DNA from: an uncultured Candidatus Binatia bacterium
GTDB lineage: Bacteria > Desulfobacterota > Binatia > UBA9968 > JAJDTQ01
Direction of reading: 5' to 3'
Length of the DNA: 64,000 nt
Assembly (NCBI GenBank): GCA_965242525.1
Contig: OZ251459.1
Span: 640,001 to 704,000 of the forward strand
Shown: piece after piece, positions 1 to 10,397 of the stretch
Position numbering within the stretch: position 1 is the stretch's first letter
Layout of the letters: the number at the start of each line of letters is the position of its first letter
Made by a program: the position numbers and the translations under genes
Notes under the pieces: generated by a model
Databases searched by the model: none
What the model saw: the letters and a program-made list of their open reading frames with translations, nothing else
What the model was told of the DNA's origin: nothing

Positions 1-281
1 GCCTCGATGCGCCTGACCTGTGCGGAGTGGAGGTCGAGTTCCGATGCGAGCTCGAGCAGATGCTTCGGTCCGGGGAAGCGGTTCAACTCGGCGGGTCGTG
101 CGAGGCCCATTCCTTCACCGTTCCGCAGCCGGGTCACCTCCTCGGGCGTAAGGGTCGGAACGTCGCTGCTCCGGGTGTGCGCGTAGGGAGACGCCTGGTG
201 ATGGTGGTGCTGTGCCGACGCCGGCGCAGCGGCGATCGAGCTGATCCACAGGAACAGTCCAAGCACGGTCGTCGTTGTCAT
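1..281 (-). CDS. Exported Spy/CpxP-like helical protein (3' end outside window)
   Basis: Not in ORF track. Manual translation: MTTTTVLGLFLWISSIAAAPASA-QHHHHQASPY...GMGLARPAELNRFPGPKHLLELASELDL. Signal peptide, His-rich N-terminus, GMGLA..AELN.FPGP motif; GGAGG upstream. Confidence 0.65.
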   Translation of the reverse strand, partial: MTTTTVLGLFLWISSIAAAPASAQHHHHQASPYAHTRSSDVPTLTPEEVTRLRNGEGMGLARPAELNRFPGPKHLLELASELDLHSAQVRRIE

Positions 282-286
282 CTTTC

Positions 287-392
287 GGAACCTCCGAACA
301 ATCGGGATAGGGGGCAAGAGCGCGTCCTTCGACTCCGCTTCGCTACGCTCAGGACGAACGGGGACAGGAGGGTCAGGGTGAGGGAACCCATC
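287..392 (-). mobile_element. MITE family A copy (left TIR + REP-like core; other end degenerate)
   Basis: GGAACCTCCGAACAATC at 287-303; core GTCCTTCGACTCCGCTTCGCTACGCTCAGGACGAACGG at about 324-361. Confidence 0.7.
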
Positions 393-405
393 TACTGGAA
401 CCCAC

Positions 406-1920
406 CTACCCCCCCGCCTCCTTGAGGAAGTCGGACAGGCGCTCGCCGATCATGATGCAGGAGACGTTGGTGTTGGCGTGCACCACCGTGGGCATGACGG
501 AGGCGTCGGCCACCCACAGGTTGTCCATGCCGTGCACCCGCAGGGTCTGATCGACCACGGCCTCGTGATGGGACGCCGGGCCCATCCGGCAGGTGCCCAC
601 GCCGTGGTGGTAGCTGTCGTAGGTGGCCCGGGCGAACCGGGCCCAGTCCTCGCCGGGGCCGGGTTGCAGCAGTTCGCCGTAGAGCTCCCGCATGGCCGGG
701 GTCTCGGCGACCTCCCGGATGAACTCCATGGCGGTGGTCATGGCGTCGAGGTCGCGGGGGTCCTCCAGCATGGCGGACTCGATGACCGGCAGTTCCCGGG
801 GATCGCTGCTCTTCAAGTACATGCGGCCGCGGTTCATCTGTTCCAGCAGCGAGGCGGACAGGGGGATCGTGGTCCGGACCCCTTCCACCCGGGTGGGCGG
901 ACGCAGGGAGATGTGGAAGTTGGCGCAGTCCCGGTCCGCGTGGCTCTTGTAGATGTAGCGTATGCGGGGGATGATCCAGTCGGCGTCGAACTCCTCCTTG
1001 CACGCGAAGGTCATGTACACCACGGCGTGGTCCTGGTAGTTCCGGCCCACCCCGGGCAGGTCCCTGGCCACGGAGATGCCGAGCTTGCGGAGGTCGTCGG
1101 CGCGGCCGATGCCGGACAGCATGAGCAACTGGGCCGAGTGATAGACCCCGGCGCTCAACACCACATGGCCGCCGGACACGGTCTCCTGCCGGCTGTCCTT
1201 CTCGTAGCGGACCGCGGTCACCCGGTTGCCGGAGACGTCGAGTCCGGTGACCCGGGCCTCGGCCACGATGTGGAGGTTGGCCCGGTCCCGGGCCGGGTCG
1301 AGGTAGGCCACCACCGTCGATTGCCGCTTGCCGTCCTTGATGCTGAAGGGGGGGTGTCCGATGCCCACCGGGTCCGGGACGTTGGTGTCCTCCAGCAGCG
1401 CCAAGCCCTTCTGCCGGCCGGCCTCCACGAACGCCTGCACCGGGTCGGCGCCGGGCGCGTCGAAGGTGAAGGGCCGCTTGACGTACAGCGGGCCGTCGTT
1501 GCCGTGGAGCGGGCTGTCCGGGAAGTCCTGGTCCGATTCCAGCCGTTTCAGCACCGGCAGGACCTTCTCCCAGGACCAGTCCGGGTTGCCGTGGGCCACC
1601 CAGTGGTCCATGTCGGCCTCGAGGGGCCGGGGCGCGGCCATGACGTTCACCGAGGAGCCGCCGCCCATGATCCTGCCGGAGAGCTTGTAGCAGACGCTGC
1701 CGTCCAGGTCCCGGGGGCTCGGGTACATGACCAGGTAGTCGGTCTCCATCAGCAGCCGCACTTGGTTCCTGGCTTCGGCCACCATCTCGGGGATGGGCCG
1801 CGGGTCCGGCCCCGCCTCCAGCAGCAGCACCTTCCGCCCGGGGTCCTCGGACAGGCGGCTGGCCGCGGCGCAGCCCGCGGACCCCCCGCCGATGATGATG
1901 ACGTCGTAATGTTCCGCCAT
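406..1920 (-). CDS. GMC family oxidoreductase (choline dehydrogenase-like)
   Basis: GGGSAG FAD motif, GRIMGGGSSVN, GVGRNYQDH, HHGVGTCRMG, VADASVMP..HANTN. Confidence 0.9.
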   Translation of the reverse strand: MAEHYDVIIIGGGSAGCAAASRLSEDPGRKVLLLEAGPDPRPIPEMVAEARNQVRLLMETDYLVMYPSPRDLDGSVCYKLSGRIMGGGSSVNVMAAPRPLEADMDHWVAHGNPDWSWEKVLPVLKRLESDQDFPDSPLHGNDGPLYVKRPFTFDAPGADPVQAFVEAGRQKGLALLEDTNVPDPVGIGHPPFSIKDGKRQSTVVAYLDPARDRANLHIVAEARVTGLDVSGNRVTAVRYEKDSRQETVSGGHVVLSAGVYHSAQLLMLSGIGRADDLRKLGISVARDLPGVGRNYQDHAVVYMTFACKEEFDADWIIPRIRYIYKSHADRDCANFHISLRPPTRVEGVRTTIPLSASLLEQMNRGRMYLKSSDPRELPVIESAMLEDPRDLDAMTTAMEFIREVAETPAMRELYGELLQPGPGEDWARFARATYDSYHHGVGTCRMGPASHHEAVVDQTLRVHGMDNLWVADASVMPTVVHANTNVSCIMIGERLSDFLKEAGG

Positions 1921-1956
1921 GAGACGGGTCCTTTCGCAGCGTGCGGGCCGCGGGCG

Positions 1957-2418
1957 TCAGGCCTTGGCGGCCTCGTCGTCCAGCGCCTTGCCCAGGCGTT
2001 TCCGGAACTCTTCCAGGACCAGGGAGGTGGTGGCGCGAAGGATCATGTCGCCGACGATGGCCAGCCGTCCCTTGATCTCCACTTCCGCGCGGTACTTCAA
2101 CTCGGTGCAGTTCTCCCGGGGCTCCTCCATGCGCGCGTCCACCGAGGCCACCACGGTGCTCCTGGTCACGGAGTCCGTGCCCTCCACCCGCACGGTCAGG
2201 GACTCCTTGGGAACGCTGTGGACGATGGTGGAGCGAAAGCTGAAGTTGCCGGACATGGGGCCTACCTTGGCCTTGATCGCGCCGTCGAAGGTGGCGTCGT
2301 CGATCTGTTCGATGGAATCGATGCCGGGCATGCAGGACGAGAACTTCCGTACGTCCAGCACGAAGTCCCACACGGTGTCCCTCGGATGTTCGACCGAAAT
2401 CGTTCCCTCGAAGATCAT
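1957..2418 (-). CDS. coxG: CoxG/SRPBCC family protein
   Basis: 153 aa; VWDFVLD...CMPG...KVGPMSGNF, typical CoxG pattern. Confidence 0.75.
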   Translation of the reverse strand: MIFEGTISVEHPRDTVWDFVLDVRKFSSCMPGIDSIEQIDDATFDGAIKAKVGPMSGNFSFRSTIVHSVPKESLTVRVEGTDSVTRSTVVASVDARMEEPRENCTELKYRAEVEIKGRLAIVGDMILRATTSLVLEEFRKRLGKALDDEAAKA

Positions 2419-2567
2419 GGCGCCTCCCGGCCCGGAGATTGGGAGGGGGTATAGCCTGTTTGGGGGTGTCGATCAACCGCGCCCGCGCCTTGCCCGCCGC
2501 GGGGATTCGTGCGCATATTCGAAGGCGGCGCCCGGCCATTGCGCCCCGCGGCTCCGACTCCACGGTC

Positions 2568-3455
2568 ATGGATCACGCCATCGTCTTCGCCCTGGGCACG
2601 GCATTCTTCCTGGCGTTGCGAGACGTCTTCGGACGCATGGCCATGCGCGGAGTCGATCCGCTCCTCGGCACCGCGGCCACGGCGTTCACCGGACTCGTGG
2701 TCCTGGCCGCGGCGGCGTTCCTGAACGGCGACTTCCAGGGGGCTTGGCCCGGCTGGGGACGGCCATTGCTGCTGATCGGGCTCGCCGGCATCCTCCGTAT
2801 CACCGTGGGCCGCACCACCCTGTTCACGGCCATCCAGTACATCGGCGCGGCCCGTTCGAGCAGCTTCAGCGCCACCAACGTCTTCTTCGCCATGTTCCTG
2901 GGGGTCTTGTTCCTGGGCGAGGCCCTGACCCTTCCACTGGCGGGGGGCGCCGTCCTGGTGGTGGGCGGCTGCGTGCTGGTGGCCATGAGCCGCGTCCCCG
3001 CGGCCGTCGCGGGAACCTGGCGCGGCCATGCGGCCGGCATGTCCCTGGCCCTTGGCAGCGCCCTCGCCATGGCCCTGTCCGCGGCCCTGACCCGGTTGGT
3101 GGTCCACGAGTTCTCGTCGCCCCTCGGGGCGAACTTCTACGCCAGCGCCATCGCGCTGCCGAGCTTCCTGCCCGCGCTCTGGAACCGGCCGGTGCAGGGC
3201 GTGGCGGCCTGGTCGGCCCGGACCTGGACTCATATCTGGCTGGTGGGCCTGGTGTCCGCGGTCGGCACCACCCTGGGCTATTTCGCCCTCCAGTACGCGC
3301 CCGTGGTGGTGGTGCAACCCATCGCGCAGACGCGGCCGCTCTTCGTGCTGCTGGTCTCCCGGGTCTTCCTCCAGGCCTACGAGTCGGTCAACCGGAAGGT
3401 CGCCGTCGGCGCCCTGGCCATCGTGCTCGGCGCCGTGTGGCTGATCGTCGAATGA
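2568..3455 (+). CDS. DMT/EamA family transporter
   Basis: About 10 TM helices in two EamA repeats (GVLFLGE.LT; VFLQAYE). Start taken at MDHAIVF. Confidence 0.85.
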   Translation: MDHAIVFALGTAFFLALRDVFGRMAMRGVDPLLGTAATAFTGLVVLAAAAFLNGDFQGAWPGWGRPLLLIGLAGILRITVGRTTLFTAIQYIGAARSSSFSATNVFFAMFLGVLFLGEALTLPLAGGAVLVVGGCVLVAMSRVPAAVAGTWRGHAAGMSLALGSALAMALSAALTRLVVHEFSSPLGANFYASAIALPSFLPALWNRPVQGVAAWSARTWTHIWLVGLVSAVGTTLGYFALQYAPVVVVQPIAQTRPLFVLLVSRVFLQAYESVNRKVAVGALAIVLGAVWLIVE

Positions 3456-3636
3456 CCCGACGGAGCCTCGGCTTTTCGACCTCCCGGGGCCGCGGTTCGC
3501 ATTCTTGCCGTCAAAGGCATATATCCACCTGGATCCCGGGGCGCCGGGGAAGTCTTTCGGATGCGGGCGGGACGCCCGCGTTCCCGGGACCCGTATCCCC
3601 GGACACCGGGGCGGCGACGCCCGCAGGAGGACCTCG

Positions 3637-4047
3637 ATGAAGGACGAAGCGACGAAGGCCAAAGTCGTCAAGACCGACGCGGAGTGGCGCCGGCAGCTCA
3701 CCCGCGAGCAGTTCGCGGTGACGCGCAGGAAGGCCACCGAGAGGCCGTTCACGGGCGAGTACCACGATAGCAAGGAGCCCGGGGTCTATGGGTGCGTCTG
3801 CTGCGGCGCGGAGCTCTTCGACTCATCCGCCAAGTTCGACTCGGGCACCGGGTGGCCGAGCTTCTGGGCGCCGGTGGACCCGGAGAACGTGGCCACCGAG
3901 GAGGACCGTTCCTACGGCATGCGCCGGGTCGAAGCGCTTTGCAGCGTGTGCGGCGCCCACCTGGGGCACGTGTTCGACGACGGCCCGGCGCCCACCTACC
4001 TCAGGTACTGCATCAACTCGGCGTCCCTGAAGCACGAGAAGGGTTGA
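3637..4047 (+). CDS. msrB: Peptide-methionine (R)-S-oxide reductase
   Basis: TERPFTG, CxxC Zn pairs, [29 protein letters not shown]; GGAGG RBS. Confidence 0.97.
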   Translation: MKDEATKAKVVKTDAEWRRQLTREQFAVTRRKATERPFTGEYHDSKEPGVYGCVCCGAELFDSSAKFDSGTGWPSFWAPVDPENVATEEDRSYGMRRVEALCSVCGAHLGHVFDDGPAPTYLRYCINSASLKHEKG

Positions 4048-4098
4048 GGGCGGTGCCCGCGGGCCGCCCGGGAACAGCGATCAAGGAGGTTCGATCCC

Positions 4099-5337
4099 AT
4101 GGAAAGCAAGCAGGTGTTGGCACAACTCGACCGCGCGCATCTGGTGGAGATGACCCGCGACTTGGCGGACATCGTCACGATCACGGGCGAGGAGCAGCCG
4201 GTGGCGGAGTACCTGGGGCGCGAGTTCGAGCGCCTGGGCATGGAAGTGGAGTACCAGGAGGTGGAGGAGGGACGCCTCAACGTCGTCGGCACGTTGCGAG
4301 GGTCCGGCGATGGGCCGGTGCTGATGTTCAACGGGCACATGGACCACTTCGACAACCCCGAGCCCACCCGGGTGACCGAGGACCGGGTGTACGGCCGCGG
4401 CCTCGTGAACATGAAGTGCGCCTTCCCCTGCTACGTCACCGCGGTGGACATGCTGCGCAAGGCCGGGGCCGAGCTCAAGGGCGATGTCATCATCTCCGGC
4501 GTGGTGGGCGAGATCGAGAAGGCCCAGGTCAACCGGTTCCACGGCAAGAGCTACCGGGGCGCGGGGGTGGGGGCGCGTTACCTGATGGACCACGGGGTCG
4601 CCGCGGACATGTGCATCATCGGCGAACCCACGGGCCTGCGCATGCAGATCGGCAACGCCGGCCTGGTGTGGGCAGAGGTCACGGTGGAAGGGCCGGCCAA
4701 GACCTTCGTCATGAAGGCGCTGGAGGTGGCCAGGGCGATACAGGCGTGGGAGGCCGACTACCAGAAACAGTTCCCGCACCCGTTCATGCTCCCCACCGTC
4801 CAGATCGGCGCCATCGACGGCGGCAACCCCTTCAAGCCCGGCACCAACCCGGTGACGAAGATCTACGTCATCGTCAAGACGCTGCCGCAGGTCCCGACCA
4901 TGAAGATCCAGCGGGAGCTGGAAAAGGTCTGCGCCGCGGCGGCCGCCCGGGAAAAGGACGTCACCGCCCGGGTGAAGCTCTACCTGTCCACCGACGGCTA
5001 CGAGATCCCCAGGGACGATTACGTGGTGCAGGCCATGGGCGCGGCGCACCGGGAGGTCAACGGCAGCGACATGGAGTTCTCGGAACCGGTGCGCTACGGC
5101 ATCACCAGCGACGGCTCGCGCATCCACCAGTACGGGGTCTCGGTGATCACCTACGGCGCCGGCTTCGGCACCCACCTGGTGGACCCGGACGAGCAGGAGA
5201 CCGGCGCGGAATGGGATCGGCCTTCGGGGACCCGGCGGGGCGTGGGCATCAACAACATGGTCCGGTGCAGCAAGGTCTATGCCCTGGCGGCGCTGGACAT
5301 CTGCAGCAAGAGCCGCAGTGAGTTGGGCCTGGACTGA
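4099..5337 (+). CDS. M20/ArgE-like metallopeptidase/deacylase with atypical active site
   Basis: FNGHMD, YGRG..NMK, VVGEIE and IGEPT motifs. Confidence 0.8.
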   Translation: MESKQVLAQLDRAHLVEMTRDLADIVTITGEEQPVAEYLGREFERLGMEVEYQEVEEGRLNVVGTLRGSGDGPVLMFNGHMDHFDNPEPTRVTEDRVYGRGLVNMKCAFPCYVTAVDMLRKAGAELKGDVIISGVVGEIEKAQVNRFHGKSYRGAGVGARYLMDHGVAADMCIIGEPTGLRMQIGNAGLVWAEVTVEGPAKTFVMKALEVARAIQAWEADYQKQFPHPFMLPTVQIGAIDGGNPFKPGTNPVTKIYVIVKTLPQVPTMKIQRELEKVCAAAAAREKDVTARVKLYLSTDGYEIPRDDYVVQAMGAAHREVNGSDMEFSEPVRYGITSDGSRIHQYGVSVITYGAGFGTHLVDPDEQETGAEWDRPSGTRRGVGINNMVRCSKVYALAALDICSKSRSELGLD

Positions 5338-5429
5338 CGTCCCGGCACGGCCCGGGCGGACGCGGCGGTCCCGCGTCCCGCCCGCCTTCTCCCCATGATC
5401 CCGGCGGCGCGCCGCCGCGAGGAGGCCCC

Positions 5430-6314
5430 ATGGAGTTGAAACTCGCACACTACCGCAACCGTTTCTGCATGTACCGCACCTACTACGCCCTGGGGGCGGG
5501 GCTGGTGAGGCCCGAGGGCTTCGACATCGAGGTGGTGGAGGTGGCGGACCCGCCCAGCCACGAGCAGGAGGAGGCGCTGATCCGGGGCGACGTGGCGTTC
5601 GCCAACCTCTACCTGCCGAACTTCCTCAAGCGCAGGCTCGGAGGCGCGCCCATCGTCGGGCTGTCCACGGAATGGAAGTCCACCTCCAAGGGCAACGGCG
5701 TCTTCGTGCGCAGGGACGGTCCGGTGCGGACGCCCCGGGACCTTGCCGGCCGCCTCGTCGCGAGCCACCACTCGGACCCCCACGCCATGCACTGCTACCT
5801 CCTGCGCAAGCACTACGGGGTGGACGACTCGACCATCCGGTGGGAGTCCCATCCCCAGGAGGAGCTGCTGGGGATACTGAAGGAAGGCAGGGCCGACGCG
5901 GTGGTGCTCATCGACCAGGTGTTCTTCCACGGGGAGAACGACCCGGAAGTCCGCTGCCTGTACACGGACGGGGACGCCTGGCGGGGTCTCCACGGGCTGC
6001 CGGAGATCATCAAGCACATGCTCGCCGCCCGGGAGGACCTGCTGCGGGACCATCCGGAGTTCGCCGGACGGATGCTGGACGCGTGCCGCAAGTCCATCGC
6101 ATACAGCGACGCCCATCTCGAGGAGGTGGCCGACCGGTTCATCGAACGGTACGGCGGCCACAAGCAGGACATACTCGCCTCCGCCGGCTACCCGAAGATC
6201 GAGTTCACCTTCACGGACACGGAACGCAGGGAGGCGGAAGCCACCATGGAGATGCTGGTGGAGACCGGACGACTCGAAGGCCGCGTGGACCTGTCCGAGG
6301 CCTTCGTGGCGTGA
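5430..6314 (+). CDS. Signal-less substrate-binding-protein-fold protein (MqnA/D, NMT1 or 4,5-dihydroxyphthalate decarboxylase-like)
   Basis: V.PEGFDIE, P.DL.GR.VA and L.EGRADA type II PBP signatures; no signal peptide. Confidence 0.6.
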   Translation: MELKLAHYRNRFCMYRTYYALGAGLVRPEGFDIEVVEVADPPSHEQEEALIRGDVAFANLYLPNFLKRRLGGAPIVGLSTEWKSTSKGNGVFVRRDGPVRTPRDLAGRLVASHHSDPHAMHCYLLRKHYGVDDSTIRWESHPQEELLGILKEGRADAVVLIDQVFFHGENDPEVRCLYTDGDAWRGLHGLPEIIKHMLAAREDLLRDHPEFAGRMLDACRKSIAYSDAHLEEVADRFIERYGGHKQDILASAGYPKIEFTFTDTERREAEATMEMLVETGRLEGRVDLSEAFVA

Positions 6315-6396
6315 CGCGGGGGTCTTGACGGCTTTTCCCCGGCTCTATAGTGTGGGCGGCAGATCCATGTTCTCGGTTCGAACGAGGGAGGTTCGC

Positions 6397-7437
6397 ATGA
6401 GACGCTCGATTTCGAAGGCAGTGGCGCTTTCCCTGGGCGCGGCCCTGTGCCTTTCCGGCGCAGCGCTGGCGTCGAGCGCCGACCTGGTGGCCGCGGCCAA
6501 GAAGGAAGGCAAGCTGCGGCTGATCACCTTCTCCAGCTTCAAGAAGGCGGCCGAGGCTTTCCAGGAGAAGTACGGCGTCACGGTGGAGGGCACCTACCTG
6601 GGCGCGCCCGGGGTCCTCCGCAAGGTGAGCGAGGAGTCCCAGGCCGGGATCTTCGCCATCGACGTGTTCGGCACGTCCCCCGGGCCGCTGAGCGGACTCA
6701 ACCACTGGACCCTGCCGTTCGAGCCCGCGGGTTACGAGAAGGTGGCGCACCACATGGAGGCGCTCCCCAGGGAATGGAACCAGGTGCCGATCTTCATCCA
6801 CGTGGTGGGCGCTTCGTACCACAAGGACCTGATCCCGCCGGAACAGGCTCCCCGGAGCATCTACGACCTGCTCGACCCCAAGTACGAGGGCAAGATCATC
6901 TCGCGGCAGCCGTGGCTGGGCTCCAACTACCTCGTGCACATCGCGTCCTTGCAGGCATGGTTCGACGGGGACGAAGAGAAGTGGACCGACTACTGGACCA
7001 GGTTCAAGGCCAACGTGGGGCGGTACGAGCCCAAGTGGGGGCCGATGCACCAGGCGGTGGGCCTCAAGGAGTTTCCGCTGGGCATCTTCACCCTGCCGTA
7101 CACCCCCTTCACCTTCGGCCGAAGCTACCCGGGCCTGGGCTATTCGACCTTCCGGGAGCCGGCCATCTGGTGGCCCAACATGCTGGCGATCCACAAGAAC
7201 GCGCCCCATCCCAACGCCGCCAAGCTCTTCATGGAGTTCGCCATCAGCGCCGAGGGGCAGAAGCACTTCGTCAACGAGGGCCTGATCCCCGCGGACAGCT
7301 CCATGAAGCCCAGGGAGTCCCTCATCGAGGAGCTCCGGGGCGTCACGTTCTTCGCCAAGGCGCCGGAGATCATCGCGCACGAGGTGAGCAACAACAAGGA
7401 GGCGTGGACCAAGCGCATCCAGGAGCTGTACAGGTAG
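6397..7437 (+). CDS. ABC transporter substrate-binding protein (Fe3+/thiamine/polyamine family)
   Basis: Signal peptide, AAKKEGKL, DLLDPKYEGK, APHPNAAKLF.EF..S.EGQ. Confidence 0.88.
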   Translation: MRRSISKAVALSLGAALCLSGAALASSADLVAAAKKEGKLRLITFSSFKKAAEAFQEKYGVTVEGTYLGAPGVLRKVSEESQAGIFAIDVFGTSPGPLSGLNHWTLPFEPAGYEKVAHHMEALPREWNQVPIFIHVVGASYHKDLIPPEQAPRSIYDLLDPKYEGKIISRQPWLGSNYLVHIASLQAWFDGDEEKWTDYWTRFKANVGRYEPKWGPMHQAVGLKEFPLGIFTLPYTPFTFGRSYPGLGYSTFREPAIWWPNMLAIHKNAPHPNAAKLFMEFAISAEGQKHFVNEGLIPADSSMKPRESLIEELRGVTFFAKAPEIIAHEVSNNKEAWTKRIQELYR

Positions 7438-7481
7438 CCGGCAGCCTGGAGGAGGGCGGCGCCGGAACGACGCGCAGGGTC

Positions 7482-8579
7482 ATGTTCGAGTTCTTCCCGG
7501 GGAACCGGAGCTGGTCCTTCGCGTGCATCCGGCTGCTGGCCGAAAGCTACTACGGCGGCGGCGAGTTCAACGAGATCCACCGCACGGTCCGGCGCATCCG
7601 GTCCGGCGACGCCGAGAGCTGGCACGCCGAGTGGCGCGGGACCGCGGACGGGGTCGCGGCCCAAGGCCGGGAGCACCGGTCCGGCGGCCGCCTCGAGAGC
7701 GCGCGGAAGGCGTTCTTCCGGGCTTCCAACTACTACCGCGTGGCCGAGTTCCTGCTGCCGTTCACCGACCCCCGGAAGGTCCCCACCTATCGCGCGTCCG
7801 CGGAGAGCTTCCACGCCGCGGTGGACCTGTCGCCCGGCATCGAGCGGGTGGAGGTGCCCTACGAGGACGCCTCCATGCCCGGCTACTTCTTCCACGCCCC
7901 GGCGGGCGCGGAGAAGCCGCCGGTGCTCATCTTCACCGGAGGCGCCGACTCCACCGCGGAAGAGGTCTCCTTCGTGGGCGCGCCCGAGGCGGCCCGGCGC
8001 GGCATTGCCTGCCTCATCGTGGACGGGCCCGGACGCGGCGCAATGCTCCGGCTGCGCAACCGCCTGGCGATCCCCGACTTCGAGCGGCCGGTATCGGCCA
8101 TGGTGGACTACTTGGAGACCCGCGCCGACGTGGACGCGAGCCGCATCGCCCTCATGGGCATGAGCATGGGGGGCTACTACGTGACCCGCGCCGCGGCCTA
8201 CGAGAAGCGGGTCAACGCCTGCGTCTCCCACTTCGGCCCCTACGACTGCTACCGGGACATCTACGAGTTCTACGAGCCCCTGAGGGAGCAGTTCCGCTGG
8301 ATCACCGGAGCCGGCGACCACCGCGAGGTCCGGCAACGCCTGGGCCGGTTCACCCTCGCCGGCAGCATCGAGAAGGTCGAGTGCCCGCTGCTGATCCTCC
8401 ACGGCGAGGACGACATCATCACCGACCCGCGCTGCGCCCTCCAGACCTACGAAGAAGCCCGGTGCGAGAAGGAACTCCGGTTCCTCCGTTCCGGCGAGCC
8501 CGGCGCGGTCCACTGCTCCTACGACCACCACGCCGAGATCTTCCCCTTCATGCACGACTGGGTGGCGGCCCGGATCTGA
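7482..8579 (+). CDS. Alpha/beta hydrolase (FrsA/2,6-dihydroxypseudooxynicotine hydrolase-like)
   Basis: GGADS..EE, DGPGRG, nucleophile GMSMGG, HGEDD, C-terminal HC. Confidence 0.8.
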   Translation: MFEFFPGNRSWSFACIRLLAESYYGGGEFNEIHRTVRRIRSGDAESWHAEWRGTADGVAAQGREHRSGGRLESARKAFFRASNYYRVAEFLLPFTDPRKVPTYRASAESFHAAVDLSPGIERVEVPYEDASMPGYFFHAPAGAEKPPVLIFTGGADSTAEEVSFVGAPEAARRGIACLIVDGPGRGAMLRLRNRLAIPDFERPVSAMVDYLETRADVDASRIALMGMSMGGYYVTRAAAYEKRVNACVSHFGPYDCYRDIYEFYEPLREQFRWITGAGDHREVRQRLGRFTLAGSIEKVECPLLILHGEDDIITDPRCALQTYEEARCEKELRFLRSGEPGAVHCSYDHHAEIFPFMHDWVAARI

Positions 8580-8625
8580 GCGGGCCGGGGCGGCGGCTCA
8601 AGCCCGGCTCTTCACGCCCGGCTCC

Positions 8626-10308
8626 TCAAGCCGTTTCCCGCCGCGACACCAGCAGGTGCAGCCCCAGGGACAGGGCCAGCATCAGCACGCCGATGACCGC
8701 GCCCACGCCGAAGGATCCCTCGTCGAAGGCGCGCTGGAACAGCAGGGTGGAGAGCACCTCGTTGCCGTAGGTGAACAGGATGACGGCGCCGGCGAACTCC
8801 CGCAGGTAGATCTGGAACAGCAGGATCCACACCGAGAACAGCCCGCCGCGCAGGAACGGGACGACGATGCGCGCGACCGTGCCCAGGGCGCTCGCGCCCG
8901 AGGTCCAGGACGCTTCCTCGAACTCCCGGTGGAACTGGAACAGGAACGGGCTCAGGGTCCGCAGCGCGAACGGCAGGTAGTTGCCGATGAAGTAGAGCAG
9001 CAGGATCCACAGGGTGCCGTACACCGGGGTGCGGATGTAGGCCCACACGAAGCCCACCGCCAGGATGGTGCCGGGGAAGGCCAGGGGCAGCATGGCGGCC
9101 GCCTCGATGGGGCCCTTGAGCTTGACGCCGCTGCGCACCAGCAGGTAGCCGACCCCCAGGGCGATGGCCACCGTGGCGGTGGCCCCGGCGAAGCACAGGA
9201 CCAGGGTGTTCCCCAGCGCGCGCCAGAACACCACGTCCCCCAGGGCCGCGTTCCAGTGGTCGAGGGTGAGTTGGGTGAGCATGCGCAGGCTGGGGGAGGC
9301 CACGAACCGGGAGAAGGAGAGCAGCACGATCACCAGCGCCGGGAGCACGACCACCACCGCGAAGTAGAGCGAGCAGCACGCGAGAGCTACGTAGCGCCAC
9401 CGGCCCAGGCGGTGGACGTTCTCGGGCCGGGCCTTGCCGGTGACGGTGACGAAGCTCTCCGCGCGCCTTACCAGGTGGCGGTAGAGGAGCAGCGAGAGCA
9501 GGCTCAGGGGGATCACCATCATGGCCAGGGCCGCGGCGGTGTTGTAGTAGATCAGCGACTGGTAGTCCGAGGCGATGATGTTGAAGATGGCGGAGGTGAA
9601 GACGAAGATGCCGCCGGGCGCGCCGATGAGGATCGGCACCTCCAGGGTGATGAGCCCGATGACGAACACCAGCAGGAACGAGGACAGGATCAGCGGCCGC
9701 AGCACCGGCAGGGTCACCCGGCGGAGGGTTCCCATGACCGTGTTGCCGCAGGCGATGGACTGCTCTTCCAGCGACGGGTCCATGAGCCGGAAGGCGTTCA
9801 GGGCGATGAGGAACACGATGGGGGACTCGTAGAGCACCATGAGGAAGACCATCCCCGGGAACGAGTAGAGGTTGAACAGGTTGGCCCCGAAGGTCTCCCG
9901 GAACAGGACGTTGAGGACGCCGATGCGCGGGCTCAGGAGCAGGATCCAGGCCAGCGCCGCGATGATCACCGGAAAGGCCCGGGGGACGATCCCCAGCTTG
10001 GCGAAGACGTTGCCGCAGGGCATGTCGGTGCGCGTCGCCAGGAACGCCATGGTGACCCCCAGCACCACGGAGATGGCGGCTGTGGCCAGGGCGAAGACCA
10101 GCGAGTTGAACACCAGCGTGGGGATGTCCGCGGGGATGCGGATGGCGAGGGCCCGGGCCCAGTTGTCCAGGGTGACGTGCCCCGCGGCCACGGGCGAGGC
10201 GGACCAGAAGCTGCCGAACACCAGGGCCAGCACCGGAACCAGGATGACGAAACCGATGACCGCCATCAGGATGGCGTACACGGCTCTCATGGCGTTCTCG
10301 GTGTGCAT
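8626..10308 (-). CDS. Fe3+-type (FbpB-like) ABC transporter permease
   Basis: Two EAA-like loops (DPSLEEQS..CG; REFEEAS..SGA), about 12 TM. Confidence 0.88.
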   Translation of the reverse strand: MHTENAMRAVYAILMAVIGFVILVPVLALVFGSFWSASPVAAGHVTLDNWARALAIRIPADIPTLVFNSLVFALATAAISVVLGVTMAFLATRTDMPCGNVFAKLGIVPRAFPVIIAALAWILLLSPRIGVLNVLFRETFGANLFNLYSFPGMVFLMVLYESPIVFLIALNAFRLMDPSLEEQSIACGNTVMGTLRRVTLPVLRPLILSSFLLVFVIGLITLEVPILIGAPGGIFVFTSAIFNIIASDYQSLIYYNTAAALAMMVIPLSLLSLLLYRHLVRRAESFVTVTGKARPENVHRLGRWRYVALACCSLYFAVVVVLPALVIVLLSFSRFVASPSLRMLTQLTLDHWNAALGDVVFWRALGNTLVLCFAGATATVAIALGVGYLLVRSGVKLKGPIEAAAMLPLAFPGTILAVGFVWAYIRTPVYGTLWILLLYFIGNYLPFALRTLSPFLFQFHREFEEASWTSGASALGTVARIVVPFLRGGLFSVWILLFQIYLREFAGAVILFTYGNEVLSTLLFQRAFDEGSFGVGAVIGVLMLALSLGLHLLVSRRETA

Positions 10309-10397
10309 GGCCTTGGGTCTCCGTACCGTGCCGCGGGTCCCGGACGCGGGCGTGCGCAGGAGGAAGGGTCGGCCCGAGGTTGCGCCTCCCGGCGCGG

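Noticed and set aside
6325-6351. Sigma70 promoter TTGACG/TATAGT
   Set aside because: Spacer is only 15 nt; too weak to call.
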